This document shows, one piece after another, positions 58,324 through 64,000 of a DNA stretch of 64,000 bases (position 1 is the first letter of the stretch; every line of letters starts with the position of its first letter). The notes beneath the pieces are model-generated. The model made no database searches and was not told the origin of the DNA. It was given only the letters and a program-made list of their open reading frames with translations. The translations under genes were made by a program, and so were the position numbers. Source of the stretch: Takakia lepidozioides (taxonomy: Eukaryota > Plantae > Bryophyta). The stretch is taken from positions 45,198,001 to 45,262,000 of the forward strand of contig CM060732.1 of assembly GCA_030704615.1 (NCBI GenBank). The letters are read 5' to 3'.

Positions 58324-60439
58324 GGGCCAGGATCTCACAAAGGGTTGTGAATTTGCTTCAAGTGCGTGGAGACAGTCAATTGAGACATAGTCACCCACAA
58401 CAAACTCAAGTATTAGAGTTGCCAATTGGCATGGAGCCAATTCCAGTCCTCTTATCTGGCTTTGTCACTCTAAATGTCTCGGTGATATCCCATGGGCCCA
58501 AGAGTTGTCTACAGATGCTTTTTAACAGGGTGTTGAGTGTAATGCACACACTTGCCTCATTCCATCAGCTCCCCTCAGTATTTCCTAATGACTTGGGGCG
58601 CGTTCTTCCTCTTTCCATTCATTGCGAGAGTGATGAGATGACTTCCATGGAGAGGACTGACAGCTGTAATATTTTCAGACTATGATGTCAATTTTGAAAG
58701 GTCCTCAAAAAGTTAAATTCAGTCAGTGAGGAGGTAGATGCTTGACAAAGATTTGATGTTGTGGCAAAGTATTGCCAAGAAACAAGTACCTCATACTTGG
58801 AAAAGGTTTAGTTCAAGGTTCAAAACAGAGTCCATAGGATCAACAAAGGGTGGGTTGGGAATTGTGTTGGGATTTGGGATTTTTTTCGGCAGAGTGTGAA
58901 GAGTAGGAAGAGCCAGGCTGGGTCTGGAATGTTCCACTAGGCTGTCGGGGGGTGGAGGAGAAGCATGTGGGGCTTGACTTGTGGGAGGACTTTGAGCTTG
59001 TACATGAAATGGACGGGGAAGCATGACAAGGGTGAAATGAAGAGATTCTGTGGATATATGTAGTAAGTCCTTAGTCCGCTTGCTGCCTCACAAAGTTGCG
59101 AGGAACAAAGTAAAGAGCAATTTGGAAGGGGGCCAAAAAGGGATTTTTTTAATGAAGTTGCACTTTTTGCACTAAGGCTCATCAAGGAGTCAAGGATGTA
59201 ATACTTACAGAAAATACCGATCCGAAGCTTTTCTCAATGGCTTTTTCGTATTTGTCAATGAATGCTAAAATTTAACCCCCAATCATCCATAGAGATGAAC
59301 CTTATACTCACTCATGTGCATATCTACTGCATCCACATCTTGTGAGAAGTGTAGGCAATTTGACCACTGCATTTGGGAGATTATACAAAATAAAACTGCC
59401 CCAATTTGTAAAAGTATCCAAAATTGCATGGAAAAAAAGGTTTGACCACCAAATTCAAGTATCTAGTTGAAGTTGCCGGGGCACAAGCCCTGCATAATCT
59501 GATTATATGGCACCAAAATTATAGGCTACCGTGAATGTGAAAGCTGGGGGATGTCATGTTTTGGCTTCATTCCAAGTACACCAATGAGGTGATATCTGTT
59601 TCTCCTCTAGTGTAAGGGCACAATAACATTACATAGTGCCTTTATCCCAACTTCCATTCATTGGAAGATTCTTTCCTCCCTGAGTTGGCTCTTGCCTACT
59701 GAGACGACAATGGCGAGATCAACTGGCGCCACCATAGGGCTAGGGACTCCAAATTAAATTTGCAGCTTAACCCCTAAGTGCCGGGAGCCTTTTTGGTGGG
59801 GCGGCCCCCAAAACAGGACCTAGTATCATTAATGAGGCTGTATCTGGCAGTGTAAGAGTCATCCCCAAAAATGAACCTTACCAACATTTAGCTACCTACT
59901 ACATCTACCTACTCGTAAAATTTTGGAAGGATTGACAGAAAAAAATGACATATTATGGCAAAAATCCATGGTGGATTATTCAACTCCATAGAAAAATTGA
60001 TGAAAAAATACAGTGATTTGCTGATTTGATGTCTTTTCGTCAAGCACAGACCTCCACATTCAGAAACCAAGGAGGGTTACAGATGTCCTCTCCAAATTTG
60101 AGGACTGAAAATTTCAAGTGGCTCCTTTGTATGTCCAATAAGGGGGGGTAGAATGGAAATTCCACCACAGTAAGAGATAGAAAGCTCCATGGAAGCTTGA
60201 ATATTTTACAGAATGCAAATTCCTCTGATGCAGTCTTCCATTGCAAGAAAATAAAAATGAATGCTGAAAAAGTTTTGAAATTTTCAAAACCACATTTCTA
60301 GATGACATTTTTTTTCTAAGTTTTATAGTCATTTGCAAGTCAGGCTAATGTTGCACCAAACGCACATATACAACACATGATGCAACCCCCTGACACTTTT
60401 GTGCCAAACAAGACAGACCACACCCACCGATGAGATGGA

Positions 60440-60727
60440 GAACCCCGCATTGGTCACAGATGAGATCCGAGCAGGGTGGAGTGCACACTAGCAACAGGTT
60501 AGCGACGAGTTTGATGCAGAGTGTCAGGCTGGTGAGAATTGGTCATGGGTGAAAAATCGTATGTTTTACGTGTGGGATGGTAATCACCGCCTGCACACGT
60601 GGTTAAAATTGATCAATATTGTGAAGGCAAAGGAGAAACCATGGCATGTGCGAGTGCAATCTAAAATTCTTCGATGCCAAGCGAACACAATCGGCATGCT
60701 CAAAGCTGCCATGTTCCAAACAAACGC
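60440..60727 (+). pseudogene. Isolated exon with a ParB/sulfiredoxin-like DGNHR motif
   Basis: KNRMFYVWDGNHRLHTWL..WHVRVQSKIL..LKAAMFQTN, followed by a GTAAGC donor. In-frame TAG upstream. Confidence 0.5.
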
Positions 60728-63700
60728 GTAAGCTACTTGACCTGTCGCACATGACTTGACTGTTAAGGAAGTCTAATTTCATCTTCATCATGTCCGTACT
60801 TCAAACTTTAAGTGCCTATGTTGCGTTGTTTGCAGTATTAATGAGAAGGCGTTTGTGAAGACCGAGGACATACACAACCTGGGGTATATTCAAATGATAG
60901 GTACTAGCCCAGCACAATATAGTCCAGCGCCAAGAACCTACATCCCACAAACAACATACATCCAACAGTTAACACAATCAAGCAACCGAAGCTGTCCATG
61001 GGGGGGGGGTGGGGTCACTATATGTATTTTTTTTTCATATCACGTACATACAAAGGTATATTTATGCTAGGCTATATTTTTAAAATTTTGCATTTTTTTC
61101 CATCCTATCTTTAGGTATTATTGTAAAACCCTTTGTTTCTAACACCTTATTTTTCTTTATAAATCTCTTTTGCAACAATTAATTAGACCCTATTTTAAAT
61201 TGCCGTTTTAAATAATTGTAAATTTCAAAGCATTTACACAAACAAGTACATTCCATATAACATAAGTCAAATGCCAGACCCAAGAAAAAGTTTAATTTTG
61301 GTTAGCCACGAACTCATTGAAAGCAACATCATCACTTGGATATAAAGAGTATAAGTTTTGAGATGGTTCAAATGCCATAGTCACTGTTGAGATTATGGTA
61401 TCAACATCAATCCACTGGGAATCATATTTGAACTTCAGGTGACCTCTACCTGATTTCATCCTGATGGATTAGAGCTACATGGATGGATATATTATATTGT
61501 AGATAAAACCCTTTACTACATTAACTTTTTAAGTAAAACTCTGGATGTTTTGTGACCCTTTCTTACAAACAACTGGGTGAAAGGATATTGTCTTATCATA
61601 TTTTCTAAGTAAAACTTTTCTAAAATTTACTTTAAAAAAATAAATTGCACCCTATATTTGTTCTCACATGGTTTTGAAAATACAGGGAGTGATCCCCCCA
61701 AGAAGCTATCACATTGTCTGAATCTGGTGGACATCACGCCAATATGCACCGAGACACATGTAACTCCCATGGCACTGGGGACAATAAAAGTGAGTCATCA
61801 TGTGACACCGTGCATACACCCGTCGAAGAGAAGAATGTAGGCTTTGATGCACATGGGCACGTCTCTCCTAATATACACATTGTGTCAGTCACATCACCAG
61901 TCAAACAATGCGTCATCCTCATTTTGAAGTAAAGATGGGTGATTGCATGCAGGCCCATACATCTCAATTGTTCTCAGTACAGCATGTATGCATTCACCAT
62001 CCTCCTTTGGGACGGCAAAAGACAAAATCCCATGCAAATTTGTGATGATGTTATTGTCGTGCGAGTATTGGAACGAAGCAGGTCTTGCACGAGAATGCGC
62101 AGACTCACAAAAATGAGATATAACATGATGAATATCAAATGAGATGTAACAAGATAAAGAATTTGAATGCAGGAGAAGAAGAAGAACCTGTGGCCCATGA
62201 CAAATCAATAACGCGGTTGCTTGATGCGTTGCAAGTAGAACAAGTCTAGATAAAGGCCGGGCTTTTCTCCGAGGCCCCGAGCTCCAAAGAGCGAGTCCGT
62301 TAGGCATTCTTAAACAAATGTCGTAGAATCCACATAGTTGTAGAACATGTCGTCCACAACCGGGTCGCACTTCTACTTATCAATGAAACCGCCTCCACCA
62401 TGAATCTTGAACTCCTTAACAGAGGAAGGAGTGGAAAGAAGGCACTGCACCCTGATCAAACAAATGGCCTCAAAAAGTCGGGTATGTAGAAAACATAATA
62501 CGGCTCAAAGATTAAATCCATGGGAATTCACAAAACTTGAAAGAAAGGATGAGGCAACGCATACTTTGTCAGTTAATTACCATGTAACTTGGATAATCTC
62601 CCTTCGTCAAACACAAGTTGTTGACATAATTCTAGGTCTTCATGATCCGCATCCTATAAGCTTTATCAACCCAAGTAGAACAAGTCAAACACCAACAAAA
62701 GCAAACTATCACTTACATTAATCACAACCAAGAGTCTGTAGTTGCAAAGAATTCATAAATGAAATCTCATTGCCATACAAAAATGGTGAAAAAGAACAAC
62801 AAAATTTTGGCTGCACTATTGAGTTCCATAAAGTAAAGGGTGGTCCGCTTTCGTTTGGCCTTGCCCGACCCCATGGTGAGGCCGATCTCAAGGACGATTG
62901 CGTATTGAACTCTAGGCTTTGATACCACGTGTCGCATACCTCACTTGGTAAATTCCCCTTCAAGTCATAGTTACTCGCTTTGATGCGCATGCCTAACTCC
63001 CAAACTGGCCGCCGGGCCAATTCGGAGCTTCGGCTGCTCACCGGGGGTGATTGCAGCCTACAGTGTCCATTTTTTGACGTAACTGCGTCATTTTTCCTAG
63101 ACATAGTTTGTTGGCTTTTGTCTACAATCCTAGATTTCTATGAAATTTGTAAAAATGGACTCACAACATTGCACCTCTCTACATGTAGTATCTACTTTCC
63201 AAGACTTGCCGCCAAAAACAGTTATCTCTAGAAGTGATGGACTTTATGAAAGTCCATAAGCTTTTGTTATGGTCCATATAATGGACTCATTATTTTCCAG
63301 ATTTTGTAACATTTATGTAACAATTCCCTTTGCAAATATAATGACTTTCTTAGGGACATTTCCCCTTCACCAGAATATGTTGCCCTGCCCCGGGTAGCTA
63401 TGGACCTCCACCTTGGGCATCTTCGTAATCCAGCATGGGGAGAGAAACTTTTCGGCCGGTTCTTCAACATAGATAGAGAGGTGACGATCAACCAAAGCTA
63501 GCATAAGTAAGGGCCTCTTCCTTCTTGCTCTATAAAATAGAGAGAATTCATACATTTGGACTTTCATGCACCCTTTCCTTTTCTGATAACCGACAAATAT
63601 CCCTTAGTTTTAGTAAGCGTTGAACTACTTGATATCGCAGATCCTCCGATCTAAGATCTTCCTAAGAAACCGGAGAAATCATCAAAGCAAGAACAACGAC

Positions 63701-63949
63701 GGTAAATGCTACCAAACAATATGCATAAAAAAAATTGAATCTTTGCAAGCAAACTAACCATCGGTAAACCATGCAAATGACCGTTCTTATTTGCCAATGT
63801 AGACGCAATGGTTTAAAACAAAGGGTCCAACTGGTCCAAGGGAAATAACAGGTGGCAGGTAGCTCCAAACGTGTTTTCAATATAAGAATGGATTAGTCCG
63901 AAGAATAATTATTAACAACAAAAATGAATGGTTATTTAACCTTGGGAGC

Positions 63950-64000
63950 TTCCGATGCCGGGATTTAAACCCGGGTTGCTCGGGTGAGAGCCGAGTATCG
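63950..64000 (-). tRNA. tRNA-Glu(CTC), 3' two-thirds (cut by window edge), possibly a pseudogene
   Basis: Reverse complement CGATACTCGGCTCTCACCCGAGCAACCCGGGTTTAAATCCCGGCATCGGAA: anticodon arm CTCGG-CTCTCAC-CCGAG, T-arm CCGGG-TTTAAAT-CCCGG. Confidence 0.75.

Noticed and set aside
61894-63880. Several 60-160-aa minus-strand ORFs
   Set aside because: Probably a decayed gene or transposon, but no motif I can identify.

Overview
Eukaryotic nuclear DNA from a land plant, most likely bryophyte-grade. This is inferred from the bryophyte-type 5S rRNA sequence, a PLS-DYW editing factor and intron-rich genes. Host genes, with exons assembled by hand: RUS5 (-, runs off the left edge) head-to-head with CSA/ERCC8 (+); a lesioned gene joining three OSB-type PDF ssDNA-binding motifs to a PLS-PPR-E-DYW editing factor (-); sucrose-phosphate phosphatase (-); a frameshifted EVE-domain gene (-); ENH1-like PDZ-rubredoxin (-) head-to-head with ARPC3 (+); and a partial tRNA-Glu at the right edge. 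Between about 31 and 51 kb lies a nested transposon island with two diverged copies of a retroelement encoding gag/aspartic protease followed by a DNMT3-like C5 cytosine methyltransferase. Copy 1 is fused to a truncated 5S rRNA gene. Copy 2 is split by a 7.64-kb P-element-like DNA transposon (16-bp TIRs, 8-bp TSD) that carries LINE pieces and scrambled fragments of the PDF-PPR gene family. The island also holds a BAH-like pseudogene, a 1.7-kb TIR element and a hAT MITE. The strongest candidates for undescribed biology are the DNMT-carrying retroelement family, the PDF-PPR-DYW fusion and the P-like transposon. All identifications are by eye from motifs; no database searches were run.
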